This document shows positions 38,009 to 48,147 of a DNA stretch of 64,000 nt, piece by piece. The notes under the pieces were generated by a model. The model was not told where the DNA came from, searched no databases, and was given only the letters and a program-made list of their open reading frames with translations. Location: positions 4,764 to 68,763 of the forward strand of contig WAOR01000009.1 in NCBI GenBank assembly GCA_015521175.1, in the 5' to 3' direction. This stretch comes from Thermodiscus sp. GTDB lineage: Archaea; Thermoproteota; Thermoprotei_A; Sulfolobales; Acidilobaceae. Both the position numbers and the translations under genes were made by a program. The number at the start of each line of letters is the position of its first letter. Position 1 is the first letter of the stretch.

Positions 38009-38500
38009 GTGGACCCTAAGTTAGCGGGGATACTCGTAGTAGTCATAATAGTTATAAAAAGGAGCCGGTACTGGCCTAGAAAAGCTCCCATGGAGGCAAC
38101 TAAGGCACTATCCTCACAATTGGGACCGCGACTGTAACCCCCCACTATGGGCCAGCAGAGTACAGCGTCACATTGCGGAGTACGTCGAAAGAGCGTGACA
38201 GAGCGTCTACCGTGGAAAGTATGGGAGAGATGGTGGAGATGGGTCATAGTTGAGGAATGCCTAAGCCGATACAAGGGATGCCAAAGACTGCTGGGACCTA
38301 CGTTGCGGGGTGGATACTGATCAGCATTGCCATCAATTGTTCTATGATAACGGTGGGTACCGCGCAACACAGACAATCATAAGCCAGGGCCAGAGAAGCC
38401 CGACACGCACTGCGTTAACCGCCTTTATAGTAGGAGGCTATGAGTACGCGGCGACATACCACCTAGAGAATTATGACGATGGCTGGGAGAATAGATGATT
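38009..38500 (+). pseudogene. Possible decayed gene for a membrane-anchored/secreted protein
   Basis: GAGGTG RBS + GTG MDPKLAGILVVVIIVI, followed by short broken frames. Confidence 0.3.
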
Positions 38501-38696
38501 CGGGAGATAGTTGCCAACCGGAAAGAGGCCAGGTAGAACTATACGAGGATAGCTACGATAAGTAATGGAACCCGGGTACAGGCCTCGGCGTAATCGGCGG
38601 TCAGCCATTCCTGGCATATATAACCATATAGGTAACCAGTACTGGGACCGTGGATCTAGCGATACAGTGTAGCCGTATCAGGGTTGAACCCGGCTC

Positions 38697-39146
38697 CTAC
38701 TCTAGGGCCTCTTTTACGCTTCCTTTTTCCTCCATTCTTCCTATAATTATCCACATGAACGATAATATTAAGAATACTATTCCTAGGCTTAGTAGCATTA
38801 GCCAGTCCAGGTGCCTTATCTCCACGCTAATGATCTCCCTGAGGACCGCTAGCATTGCGGCTTCTATGACTATTCTTATCGGGAACTTCCTCCTTACCAC
38901 GGCTGTCAGTAGTGTTCTAAGTATGTCTATTGCTAGGATGAGTAGTAGTATCATGTCGAGAAGGGTTAGTACGTCGTTCTTAGTGGGGTTTGGATTTTCT
39001 ATTAGGACTACATACATTTCCTCGAAGAGTTTGATCGATGAGAGCACTATTGTTAGGGCCAGTATTACGGCTAGCAGTAGTTCCAGCGAGTCTATTATTA
39101 GGCGCATAGCCTTGTAGCCAGCGTTATCCTCCAACCCCTCTCCCAT
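38697..39146 (-). CDS. Phosphate-starvation-inducible PsiE-family membrane protein
   Basis: LDMILLLILAIDILRT, IVIEAAMLAVLREII. Confidence 0.8.
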   Translation of the reverse strand: MGEGLEDNAGYKAMRLIIDSLELLLAVILALTIVLSSIKLFEEMYVVLIENPNPTKNDVLTLLDMILLLILAIDILRTLLTAVVRRKFPIRIVIEAAMLAVLREIISVEIRHLDWLMLLSLGIVFLILSFMWIIIGRMEEKGSVKEALE

Positions 39147-39238
39147 TATGACAAACGGGGGGCAGAGTTTTATGCTTACCCGAAGAGACCCTCATTTAAT
39201 AATGCCGGGATACCAGTGAATGTATCGGGGATGTATAG

Positions 39239-39664
39239 ATGCCGTGGGGCAGATGGTGGCGCCGAGGCTGGGGGGCTGGGAGAGGATCCGGCTGGGGCTG
39301 GAAGAACTGGGGACCCGGTCCAGCAATACAGGTACCGGCCCAGCTGGAGCCCGGGACCATGAGCCTAAGCGTTGCGCCTCCAGGGAGCCGTGTTATCGTT
39401 AAGGCGATTGTCGCCGGGATGGGAGCTTATAACCGGATACTGAGCCTGGGCATTGCCCCCGGAACCGAGCTAGAGGTAGTTGAGAATAACATGTACTATC
39501 CATGGAGCCCCGTGATAGTTAGGGTTAGGGGCGTCGAGGTGGCGATAGGCAGGGGGCTTGCTGACAAGATACTGGTTGTCCCGGCGAGCAGAGAGGTTAG
39601 TGGAGGCGTTCGAGCGCCCGGCGAACAGCCTCAAGGCTCTCAGGGTTCTCCATCACAGGGCTAG
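39239..39664 (+). CDS. feoA: FeoA protein with Gly/Arg/Trp-rich N-terminal extension
   Basis: RILSLGIAPGTELEV, PVIVRVRGVEVAIGRGLADKILV. Confidence 0.85.
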   Translation: MPWGRWWRRGWGAGRGSGWGWKNWGPGPAIQVPAQLEPGTMSLSVAPPGSRVIVKAIVAGMGAYNRILSLGIAPGTELEVVENNMYYPWSPVIVRVRGVEVAIGRGLADKILVVPASREVSGGVRAPGEQPQGSQGSPSQG

Positions 39665-41555
39665 GCTCGACCCTGTGGCCCCGGGCCATAGCCCTTATCA
39701 GCCTCCTCATTATCTTACCGCTCCTAGTCCTCGGGTGGTCTTCGACGACGAGTATTTCCTTGGGTTTGAAGGGCTTCCCGACCTCGCCAGCCACCTTGTC
39801 TTTTAGGGCCTCGAGCTCTTTTGTTGACAGGCTGGAGCCCGGCTTGGGTACGATGAGGCACACTATCGCCTCTCCCTTAACGGGGTCCGGTACGCCTACA
39901 CAGGCGGACTCCTTCACTTTCTCGTGCTTGTTGAGGACGGCCTCTATCTCCGCCGGGCCGATCCTCTTCCCGGCTACCTTTATCACGTCGTCCGCCCTGC
40001 CCAGTATGAACCAGTAGCCGTCCTCGTCTATGAGTGCCAGGTCCCCGTGGTACCACATGCCGGGGAACCTGCTCCAGTATGTTTCAATGTAGCGCTGGGG
40101 GTCCCTCCACAGGCCCCGGGTCATACTTGGCGCAGGCTTCCTCGCAACGAGGTAGCCGGGGGTCCCCCGGACAGGGTTACCATTATCGTCTACTACGTCT
40201 ACATCCATTCCCAGGCCGGGGCCCCAGAGGGTGGAGGGTTTGAGGGGTACTACTGGGCTTGGGAGAACAAAGCACCCGAAGATCTCTGTGCCCCCGGAGA
40301 GGTTTATCATGGGCCTCTTCTCTTCTCCCACATCTCTCACGATCCACAGCCAGGTCTGCGGATCTATGGGTTCCCCGGTGTTCCCGAAGGCCCGGAGCGA
40401 TGATATGTCGTGTTTCTCCACCTCTTCTATACCGTAGCTCCGGAGCATCCTCGCGACTGTCGCGGCGAAGCCGAAGTGCGTCACCCTGTACTTCTCTATG
40501 AGGCTCCACACCCTGTCCCTAGCAGGATAGTCTATCCCTCCCTCCACTACTAGGTGGCTTGCACCATGGAATTGTGAGCCGAAGACTTGCCACGGGCCCA
40601 TCATCCAGCCTATATCGCTAATCCACCACAGCCTATCACTGCTCCCGGGCTTAATGTCGAGGTTGAAGTAGTGCTCCTTGGAGGGCTGTAGTAGTGCTCC
40701 GGCGTGGCTTATCACTGCCCCCTTAGGCTTACCAGTCGTGCCGCTAGTGTAGAGTAGGAGGGCTGGATCTTCCGCTTCCGTCTCCTCGGGCTCCGGGGTG
40801 GGCCTCTTGCCTTCTACGACCCTGTGCCACCATACATCTACATCATCGTTCCAAGGCACATCCACCCCTAGCCTCCTGATCACCACGACTCTAGCCGGAT
40901 AGCCTGCCTGCTTCCTAGCCTCGTCCGCGTTCTCCTTCAGGATTATCTTCCTCCCCTTTCTATAGTAGCCGTCGACTGTGACCATCACCTTGGCCTCTGA
41001 GTCTGCTAGCCTCTGGGCCACGGCTGGCGGGGCGAAGCCGGAGAATATGGGGCTCGCTATAGCGCCTATCTCCATGGCAGCTAGCATCGCGGCGATACTC
41101 TCAGGGAGCATGGGAGCATAGATGGAGACAACGTCTCCCTTACCGACTCCCTCCTCCCTTAGATAGGCGGCGAACCTCCAAACCATGTCGCGTAGTTCCC
41201 CGTAGGTGACCCGGCGTTCCGAGCCGTCCTCGCCGACCCATGTGAAGGCCTCCTTCCCGGCCCCGTACCTCTTAGCTGGCATGTCCACAACGTTGTAGGC
41301 GGCGTTGAGCCTCCCGCCGATATACCATTTAGCCCATTCTGGGCCGCGTGAGAGGTCTACGACGTCCCTGGGCTCCCTAAACCATTCTACTCCTAGCCAG
41401 GAGGGGAGGTTTCCCCAAAACCATTTCATGTCCCGGGTAGAGGCCTTGACAAGCTCCTTGTATGTTGGGAAGCCGTGTTTCTCCATGAAGCGTGTCACGT
41501 TGGCGGTGGAGACTACTTCTGGGGGAGGAGTCCAGATGTAGCCCACGATTAGCAC
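39597..41555 (-). CDS. AMP-forming acetyl/acyl-CoA synthetase
   Basis: YTSGTTGKPKG, SGGTE, GRADDVIKVAGKRIG, PRTRSGKIMRR. Confidence 0.92.
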   Translation of the reverse strand: MLIVGYIWTPPPEVVSTANVTRFMEKHGFPTYKELVKASTRDMKWFWGNLPSWLGVEWFREPRDVVDLSRGPEWAKWYIGGRLNAAYNVVDMPAKRYGAGKEAFTWVGEDGSERRVTYGELRDMVWRFAAYLREEGVGKGDVVSIYAPMLPESIAAMLAAMEIGAIASPIFSGFAPPAVAQRLADSEAKVMVTVDGYYRKGRKIILKENADEARKQAGYPARVVVIRRLGVDVPWNDDVDVWWHRVVEGKRPTPEPEETEAEDPALLLYTSGTTGKPKGAVISHAGALLQPSKEHYFNLDIKPGSSDRLWWISDIGWMMGPWQVFGSQFHGASHLVVEGGIDYPARDRVWSLIEKYRVTHFGFAATVARMLRSYGIEEVEKHDISSLRAFGNTGEPIDPQTWLWIVRDVGEEKRPMINLSGGTEIFGCFVLPSPVVPLKPSTLWGPGLGMDVDVVDDNGNPVRGTPGYLVARKPAPSMTRGLWRDPQRYIETYWSRFPGMWYHGDLALIDEDGYWFILGRADDVIKVAGKRIGPAEIEAVLNKHEKVKESACVGVPDPVKGEAIVCLIVPKPGSSLSTKELEALKDKVAGEVGKPFKPKEILVVEDHPRTRSGKIMRRLIRAMARGHRVEPSPVMENPESLEAVRRALERLH

Positions 41556-41633
41556 CCTTTAGTATTTACTGGCAGGCTTCCAATTGTTAAATCTAAGTAG
41601 CAACATATTATAGACAAAGCGAGGTATCCCGTA

Positions 41634-42800
41634 TTGGCGAAAGCCGCTATTATAGGAGTGGGCTGGTATGGGCCCAGGCCCACGACGCCCGAGGTCTCCT
41701 TTAGGGAGATGGTGTTCGAAGCCGCCAGCAGGGCCTACGCCGATGCTGGAGTAGACCCGAGGAAGGATGTAGACGCGTTCATCAGCGCTCAAGAGGACTT
41801 CTGGGAGGGCATAGCGATAGCAGACGAGTTCGCCCCAGAGCCAGTCGGGGGAGTCCTAAGGCCCACCTTCACGGTGGCAGGAGACGGGCTACAGGCCCTT
41901 GCCCACGCGGTCATGATGATCGAGACCGGGATGTTCGATATCGTGGCTGTGGAGTCCCACGCTAAGCCTAGCGATATTGCTACACTAGGAGAAATATACG
42001 ATCTAGCCCTTGATCCCCTCCACATTCGCCCCGTGAAGCCCGCGAACCCCTTGTTCATGATGGCCTTGGATGCTCAGGCATACATGCTTAGGACTGGAGC
42101 TGACGCAAGCCACTTCGCCCTGGTCTCAGCGGAGGAGAGAGTCCGAGGCCTCAACAATCCGAGGGCTAGCTTTGCCGGGAAGGTCTCAATAGACGAGATA
42201 CTAGACTCCGAGCCAGTTATGGACCCGCTGACCCGCTACGATATAGCAGGGTTCGCCGACGCCTCAGTAGTACTAGTAGTGGCTAGGCCTGATCTGGCCG
42301 AGAAGTATACTAGCAAGCCCGTCTATATCGAGGGCGTCGGGTTCGCCACCGAGACGGGGACTGGGACGCTCGAGTGGCACACATGGGGCAGGATGCCCTC
42401 GATGAGGATCGCCGCTCTAAGGGCGTACAGCCAGGCCGGGATTGGAGACCCCTTATCCTCGACGGACTTTGCAGAGGTCGAGGACAGGGCTAGCCCGTAC
42501 CTACTGATGAGCCTTGAGGAGCTAGGGCTAGCGCCGGAGGGCGAGGCCCACAAGCTATACGAGAGGGGCGAGTACGAGTACGACGGCTACTACCCAGTCA
42601 ACCCCAGCGGCGGTAGCCTAGCAATGGGCGTTGCCCTCGAGGCTACCGGCCTCCTGAGGCTCCTCGAGGCGGTGCTACAGTTAAGGGGCGAGGCTGGAGC
42701 CCACCAGTTGTCCGACGCTGAGAGGGCTATTGTAGCATCGTGGAGGGGGCCTCCAACCACTACGAGCGCCGTGGTGGTTCTCTCTGGGCCTAGTTGTTAG
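41634..42800 (+). CDS. Thiolase-like protein (SCP2/Ltp2 type), subunit 1
   Basis: DASVVLV, DFAEVED, PVNPSGGSL; canonical Cys not seen. Confidence 0.82.
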   Translation: MAKAAIIGVGWYGPRPTTPEVSFREMVFEAASRAYADAGVDPRKDVDAFISAQEDFWEGIAIADEFAPEPVGGVLRPTFTVAGDGLQALAHAVMMIETGMFDIVAVESHAKPSDIATLGEIYDLALDPLHIRPVKPANPLFMMALDAQAYMLRTGADASHFALVSAEERVRGLNNPRASFAGKVSIDEILDSEPVMDPLTRYDIAGFADASVVLVVARPDLAEKYTSKPVYIEGVGFATETGTGTLEWHTWGRMPSMRIAALRAYSQAGIGDPLSSTDFAEVEDRASPYLLMSLEELGLAPEGEAHKLYERGEYEYDGYYPVNPSGGSLAMGVALEATGLLRLLEAVLQLRGEAGAHQLSDAERAIVASWRGPPTTTSAVVVLSGPSC

Positions 42801-42803
42801 GGG

Positions 42804-43991
42804 GTGGTTCGTGTGAGGGTTAACTTGCACGTGAAGGATCGTGTAGCAATTGTAGGGGCTGGAATGACCCTGTTCCGGAGGAGGCTACTGGAGACTCCTA
42901 GAGAGCTCGCTTGGGAGGCGGCGCGCCAGGCCCTAAACGAGGCTGGGCTTACACTGAGGGATATCGATTGCATAGTTACTGGTACTGCGCCGGACGCCTT
43001 CGACGGTGTTCACTTTAACGGCGAGTACCTGGCTGATGGAGCAGGAGGCTTCGGCAAGCCCGTTAGCAGGGTCTACGTCGGCGGCGGAACAGGGGTTATG
43101 GTCCCCATAGCCGCGTGGTGGCATGCGGCGAGCGGTCACTGCGACACCGTTCTGGCGGTCGCAGAGGAGAAGATGAGCCCGGCTATGCCTCACCCGCAGT
43201 ACGTCTTCGCCTACATCTGGGACCCGATACTGGAGCGCCCGCTGGGCCCGAATCTTATATGGATATTCGCTATGGAGATGAGGAGGTACATGTACAAGTG
43301 TGGCGCCAAGAAGGAGGACATCGCTCTGGTTAGCGTGAAGAACAAGAGGAATGCCCTTGACCACCCTGCGGCTCAAGCCGCCGCGAAGATTACTGTGGAG
43401 GACGTGTTGAACAGCGAGCTCCTAGTGTGGCCTGTGAACAGGCTCGACATAAGCCCGGTCAGCGATGGGGCAGTAGCCCTCGTCATTGCTAGGGAGAAGA
43501 CTGCGAGGAGGATAACTGACTCGCCCGTCTGGGTTGAGGGCGTGGGCTTCACCCTGGATAACACCCACTGGTATAACAGAGAGCTAGCATACCCTAGATA
43601 CGTCCAGTACGCAGCCAGGATGGCTTACAGGATGGCCGGTATTGAGAGGCCTTGGAAGGAGATAGACGTGGCAGAGCCCTACGATCCCTTCGACTACAAG
43701 GAGCTACACCACATAGAGGGGCTAATGCTTGCCAGGCCCTGCGAGGCGTGGAAGCTGGTCAAGGAGGGCTACTTCGACAGGGACGGCGAGCTTCCAACCA
43801 GCCCGAGCGGAGGCCTGCTAGGAGTAGGAAACCCGATAGCAGCGGCTGGTCTCATGAAGGTCGCCGAGATCTTCTGGCAGCTGAGGTACGAGGCGGGCAA
43901 GAGGCAGGTGAAGAAGCCCGTCCATAAGGGAGTCGCCCAGGCTTGGGGCGACCTCATGCAAGCTGGAACCGTTATTGTTCTAGGCAACTAG
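42804..43991 (+). CDS. Thiolase-like protein (SCP2/Ltp2 type), subunit 2
   Basis: VKNKRNA, SPVSDGA, DVAEPYDPF, PSGGLLGVGNP. Confidence 0.88.
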   Translation: MVRVRVNLHVKDRVAIVGAGMTLFRRRLLETPRELAWEAARQALNEAGLTLRDIDCIVTGTAPDAFDGVHFNGEYLADGAGGFGKPVSRVYVGGGTGVMVPIAAWWHAASGHCDTVLAVAEEKMSPAMPHPQYVFAYIWDPILERPLGPNLIWIFAMEMRRYMYKCGAKKEDIALVSVKNKRNALDHPAAQAAAKITVEDVLNSELLVWPVNRLDISPVSDGAVALVIAREKTARRITDSPVWVEGVGFTLDNTHWYNRELAYPRYVQYAARMAYRMAGIERPWKEIDVAEPYDPFDYKELHHIEGLMLARPCEAWKLVKEGYFDRDGELPTSPSGGLLGVGNPIAAAGLMKVAEIFWQLRYEAGKRQVKKPVHKGVAQAWGDLMQAGTVIVLGN

Positions 43992-44004
43992 GAGGTGGTA
44001 GGGA

Positions 44005-44559
44005 GTGGCGAGTGAAGGGAAGCCTGTGAATCCGCCGGGAACCTATCTTAAGAGGCAGGATCTAGAGAGGCTCCCCGGTCTGATAAGGTATAAGCCTAGT
44101 GTCAAGTACCTATTCGCCGCTGGAGAAGCGCTGTCCCGCTTCCTGAAGGGGTTGAAGGAGGGCAAGATTCTCGGGGTGAAGTGCCCCGTCTGCGGCCGAG
44201 TATACGTTCCTCCCAGAGCCTACTGCGAGTACTGCCACGTTCCCACGAGCGAGTGGGTGGAGCTGCCTGGCACTGGAGTAGTGCATACTGCCGTGGTTAG
44301 CTATATCGCTACTGACAGGAGTAGGATGGAGAAGCCCGAGATCGTAGGGGTAATACGCCTCGACGCTCCCGGCTATAGGGAGGATAGCTACGAGTTCGCC
44401 GGCCTATTCCACAAGCTCTGCGGCGTGACCCCGGAGCAGGTTATGGATGGAAGCGTGATAGGGATGAAGGTTAAGCCGAGGTGGAAGCCGCCGGAGGAGA
44501 GGACCGGTAGCATCACGGATATTGAGTGCTTCGAGCCCGTGGAGGGTGGTGAGCAGTGA
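44005..44559 (+). CDS. DUF35 Zn-ribbon/OB-fold protein
   Basis: CPVCGRVYVPPRAYCEYC, RTGSITDI. Confidence 0.9.
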   Translation: MASEGKPVNPPGTYLKRQDLERLPGLIRYKPSVKYLFAAGEALSRFLKGLKEGKILGVKCPVCGRVYVPPRAYCEYCHVPTSEWVELPGTGVVHTAVVSYIATDRSRMEKPEIVGVIRLDAPGYREDSYEFAGLFHKLCGVTPEQVMDGSVIGMKVKPRWKPPEERTGSITDIECFEPVEGGEQ

Positions 44560-45023
44560 GCTGGTGGAAGAGAGCACTGCCCGGAGACCTAGTCCACTTC
44601 CCGGGTAGCCAGGAGGTCGACCACTACCTCTACACTCCAGGCCTCCACGGCCTCAAAGCCGCTGAGCTACTGAAGGCTGGGAAGGTCCCTGGAATGCTCT
44701 GCGGAGATCAGCTGATACTTCCACCGAAAACATTCTGTCCAGACGAGAGGCTGAGCGAGGGCGAGGTCGTCGAGGTGGAGGGACCCTTCATAGCGGCACT
44801 CGTCACAGTGATCCACGAGGACTTCTATGGGAGGAAGCTGGAAGAGCCCCAGGTCCTCGCATTCATCACGGCTCAGGGAGCGATAGGAGGCTACATCGGC
44901 GTTGTGAAGGCATCGCCGGGCGACGTCTACCCGGGCATGCGGGTTAGACCGGTATTCAAGCCCGAGGAGGAGAGAACCGGTGCGATAACAGACATCGCCT
45001 ACTGGGAACCAGTAGCTGATTAA
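44556..45023 (+). CDS. DUF35 Zn-ribbon/OB-fold protein, paralog with reduced Zn ribbon
   Basis: LCGDQLILPPKTFCP, GMRVRPVF, RTGAITDI. Confidence 0.85.
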   Translation: MSWWKRALPGDLVHFPGSQEVDHYLYTPGLHGLKAAELLKAGKVPGMLCGDQLILPPKTFCPDERLSEGEVVEVEGPFIAALVTVIHEDFYGRKLEEPQVLAFITAQGAIGGYIGVVKASPGDVYPGMRVRPVFKPEEERTGAITDIAYWEPVAD

Positions 45024-45819
45024 CGCGTAAGCCTGTGTAACCCGCCAGTAGCCGCCACTATAGCGCCTGTAACGTAGCTGGCCCTCGGGGAGGCTAGGAA
45101 GGCCGCGATCCATCCAACCTCCTCTTTTTCCCCTATACGCCCGAGAGGTATGATTCTAGCCATATCCTCCAGCTCCTTGTCACTCGTAGTACCCTTCACC
45201 CTAGCCCTATTCTCGGCTAAGGCCGTGAGCCTATCTGTCAGTATGTAGCCTGGGACTATCGCGTTTACCCTTACACCTAAGGGGCCTAGCTCGCGGGCTA
45301 GTAGCACGGTTAGAGCGTGTAGGCTGGGCCTTAGCACCGTGCTGGTGGCAATCTCGGGGAAGACCTCCCACGCCGCTATACTCGTAACGAAGGTTATCGA
45401 GGGGTTCTCGGACTCGCGAAGGTAATCTACCGCAGCATTGACCGCTTCTATGGGGCCTCGACCAGCAACCTGTAGCTAAGCCTCCAGTCCTCAAGGCTAA
45501 CCTCTAGGAAACGGCCTCCTGGGGGAGGCGGAGGTACGTAGACGAGTGCGTCTAACCCACCGAGCCTTGAAGCCGCCTCCCTAACTAAGCGTGAAGCGCA
45601 CCCCTCACGGGCCAAGTCACAGGCGATGCCGCTGACCTCGCCCAGGCTGGATAGCCTCTCGACGCTCTCGGCTACCGTGCCGGGATTCCTGCCATTTATA
45701 ACTACTCGGGCCCCACAAGAGGCTAGGACCTTGGCGATCCCGAATCCTATCCCCTTAGTTGAAGCCGTTACAAGGGCGCGTGTCCCGGTGAGGGCGAGTT
45801 CACACGAGTCTTCGCCCAT
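45020..45819 (-). pseudogene. SDR oxidoreductase split by a 1-nt frameshift
   Basis: N-half TASTKGIG (45819-45448). C-half continues in another frame as PIEAVNAAVDYLRES...VRVNAIVPG...PLGRIG...ASYVTG. Break at the G4 run 45452-55. Confidence 0.85.
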
Positions 45820-45893
45820 AGTTGGAACACCGTCAATGATACTCTTTCGGGATAGGAATATGTTTAATCATGGCATGCTTAGATAACTAGCTG

Positions 45894-47336
45894 TCAGCAC
45901 CCGACATCGATTGTCCCCAAGATTCTTAGACCCTCCCTTCTTGGATCCCCTGCTAGTATTGTGAAGCAAGCTGGAGAGCCCTGCTCTACTCGGCCGAGCT
46001 CGGCAACCGGGCCCCCGCTAGCCTCGGCCGCGCTACGAGTGTAGGCTAGAAATGCTTCCTCGGGGGTTAGCGCCTCGCTTGGAAGGCATGAGGGCTGGCT
46101 GCATTGTGATAAGGCGGCCCTGAAGGTCTTAGCCGGATCTATGGGTTCTACGGGGGAATCGGTTGAGAATGCAAGCCTGGCTCCGGAGTCTGCGAGCCTA
46201 CGGAAGGGGTATGCCCATGTTAGCCTCTGTTGGCCGAGCCGGTCTGTTATCCACCAGTCGCTTACGCGGAAGTGCGGCTGGACTACGACGTGGACGCCTA
46301 TCCCGGCAAGCCTCTTCTCCTGCCCTGGCCTTACAATACTCGCATGCTCTATCCTCCCGTTAGGCCCCGGTGATAGCGTCTCGTAGGCTTCTACTACATC
46401 ATCTAGCGCGGCGTCGCCTATAGCATGTATAGCCACCCTCAAGCCTTTGCGGAGTACCGGGCCCGCCCTCTTGATTATCGTCTTCGCATCTAAGAGGCGC
46501 ATTCCCCTGTTACCTGGATCGTCGCTATAGTCCATAGACAGGTAAGCAGTCCTGGCTCCAAGACTTCCGTCAGCAAAGTCCTTGATCCCTACTACCGCCG
46601 CCTTGCCTTCTCTTCCAAGGATTTGTAGTGCTCTATCTAGGTCTTCTGGGCGTGGATAGCAGGAGATCCTCGAGTGTAGCCTCCCAGCCTCTTGGATCCG
46701 AGCTAGTGCGGCTGCCTCGCTTACCGGGCAAGACATGCTCGAGACTCCCAGTACTCCGTGGGACTTGATGTATTCGAGTGCTTTAGCGACTAGGAGGCTT
46801 GCGTCTACTTTTTCGAGGAGAGCTTCAACCAGATGGTAGACAGCATCTTCTCTTACAATGCCTTCTTCAACATCTACTAGCCCCGGATATCTTGAGTGGA
46901 TTTGAGAGGCGTGGAGTGCTAGTGTGTTGGCGACTGCTAGGTGGCCGCAGACTCTTACTGCGACTGCTGGCCTATCCGGAACGTATTGGTCTAGCAGCTT
47001 CCTAGTCGGCATCGCCCCTCTCACTATGAAGTTCTCCTGGTCCCATCCCCGCCCGTATGCAATCGGTCCTTGGGCCCCAGCTAGTTTCCTGGCTACGTCC
47101 TCCGGTGTTTTCGAGCCTTGGAGGTCCGCTCCCTGCAGTGCCAGGCCTATCCAAGTTATGTGGAGGTGCGCGTCTACTATTGCAGGAGCTATTAACCCCT
47201 GGTACTGCTTCTCCGTAGCATACCCGGCTTTAGGGTTCACGGATTTGACTCTCCCATCCTCAACGAGGATAGAATCCCCTATAGGCTCGAGGTACTCGTT
47301 TACAATACCCTCCGCCTTTAAGACCAGAGTGGGCAA
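45894..47336 (-). CDS. Amidohydrolase 3 (YtcJ-like)
   Basis: VDAHLH, GRGWDQ, FADGSLGARTA, HAIGD, RIEHAS, STDSP. Confidence 0.9.
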   Translation of the reverse strand: MPTLVLKAEGIVNEYLEPIGDSILVEDGRVKSVNPKAGYATEKQYQGLIAPAIVDAHLHITWIGLALQGADLQGSKTPEDVARKLAGAQGPIAYGRGWDQENFIVRGAMPTRKLLDQYVPDRPAVAVRVCGHLAVANTLALHASQIHSRYPGLVDVEEGIVREDAVYHLVEALLEKVDASLLVAKALEYIKSHGVLGVSSMSCPVSEAAALARIQEAGRLHSRISCYPRPEDLDRALQILGREGKAAVVGIKDFADGSLGARTAYLSMDYSDDPGNRGMRLLDAKTIIKRAGPVLRKGLRVAIHAIGDAALDDVVEAYETLSPGPNGRIEHASIVRPGQEKRLAGIGVHVVVQPHFRVSDWWITDRLGQQRLTWAYPFRRLADSGARLAFSTDSPVEPIDPAKTFRAALSQCSQPSCLPSEALTPEEAFLAYTRSAAEASGGPVAELGRVEQGSPACFTILAGDPRREGLRILGTIDVGC

Positions 47337-47391
47337 GCCCGGGAGGCACCGTTTATAACTGGACCAGGAGAGGGGCTATAACGGTGTAGGT

Positions 47392-48138
47392 ATGAGTGAA
47401 GAAACGCCCTCCATGCTGACGGCGCCATGGAAAATAATGCCTGGAGAAGAGCTACGCCTTGCCGATGCTAGAATAGTACGAGAGGCCAATGGAGACCTGG
47501 AGGCGTGCGACCGCTACGGGTGCGCCTCCGCGAGGGTCCCTCCCGAAAGACCGGTATACGCTGTACCCATACCAGCAGTCTACAGGGTTCTACCGGCTAC
47601 TCCCTTTATCTACATCGACTTCGCCAAGAGGATCTTCGTAGAGCAAGGAGAGGACTATTGGATCACAGCTCCCTTCGAGATCGAGGTCTATGCTGGAGAC
47701 CTCGCGCTTATCCGGCTGTCTCCCGTCCAGGTGAAGTACACCCTGATAGGCGACGTCATAGAGGGCACCCTCGCCCGTTATTATAGATCCGACGCGGTAT
47801 TCGACTTCGAAGACCTAAAGTACGAAGACTATACTGCGATAGTTAGATTCTTTGTCAGGGGGAGCAGTGTCCTCTTGCCCGGAATAGGATTCAGGGCTGC
47901 TGGCGTCGAGTTCTACGTGGATGGCAAGGGTAGAATATACTATCCTATGATTGAAGTTACAGTGAGTAACGGTAATGTGAGCGTTAAGACGACAAACAGG
48001 CCTCCTATACCCGGCCTTAAACCCATACTCCTTACGCGGTACGCTAGGCCTAAGCGCGTCCTAGCATTCACCCAGTCATACTCCCAGAACTTCGAGATGA
48101 GGGTTGACGTTGTGAAACGCTATCTCCCACAGCCGTGA
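47392..48138 (+). CDS. DUF432-like protein
   Basis: VKYTLIGDVIEGTLARYY motif; adjacent to an MscS gene, a pairing common in archaea. Confidence 0.65.
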   Translation: MSEETPSMLTAPWKIMPGEELRLADARIVREANGDLEACDRYGCASARVPPERPVYAVPIPAVYRVLPATPFIYIDFAKRIFVEQGEDYWITAPFEIEVYAGDLALIRLSPVQVKYTLIGDVIEGTLARYYRSDAVFDFEDLKYEDYTAIVRFFVRGSSVLLPGIGFRAAGVEFYVDGKGRIYYPMIEVTVSNGNVSVKTTNRPPIPGLKPILLTRYARPKRVLAFTQSYSQNFEMRVDVVKRYLPQP

Positions 48139-48147
48139 GGAGGGTGT

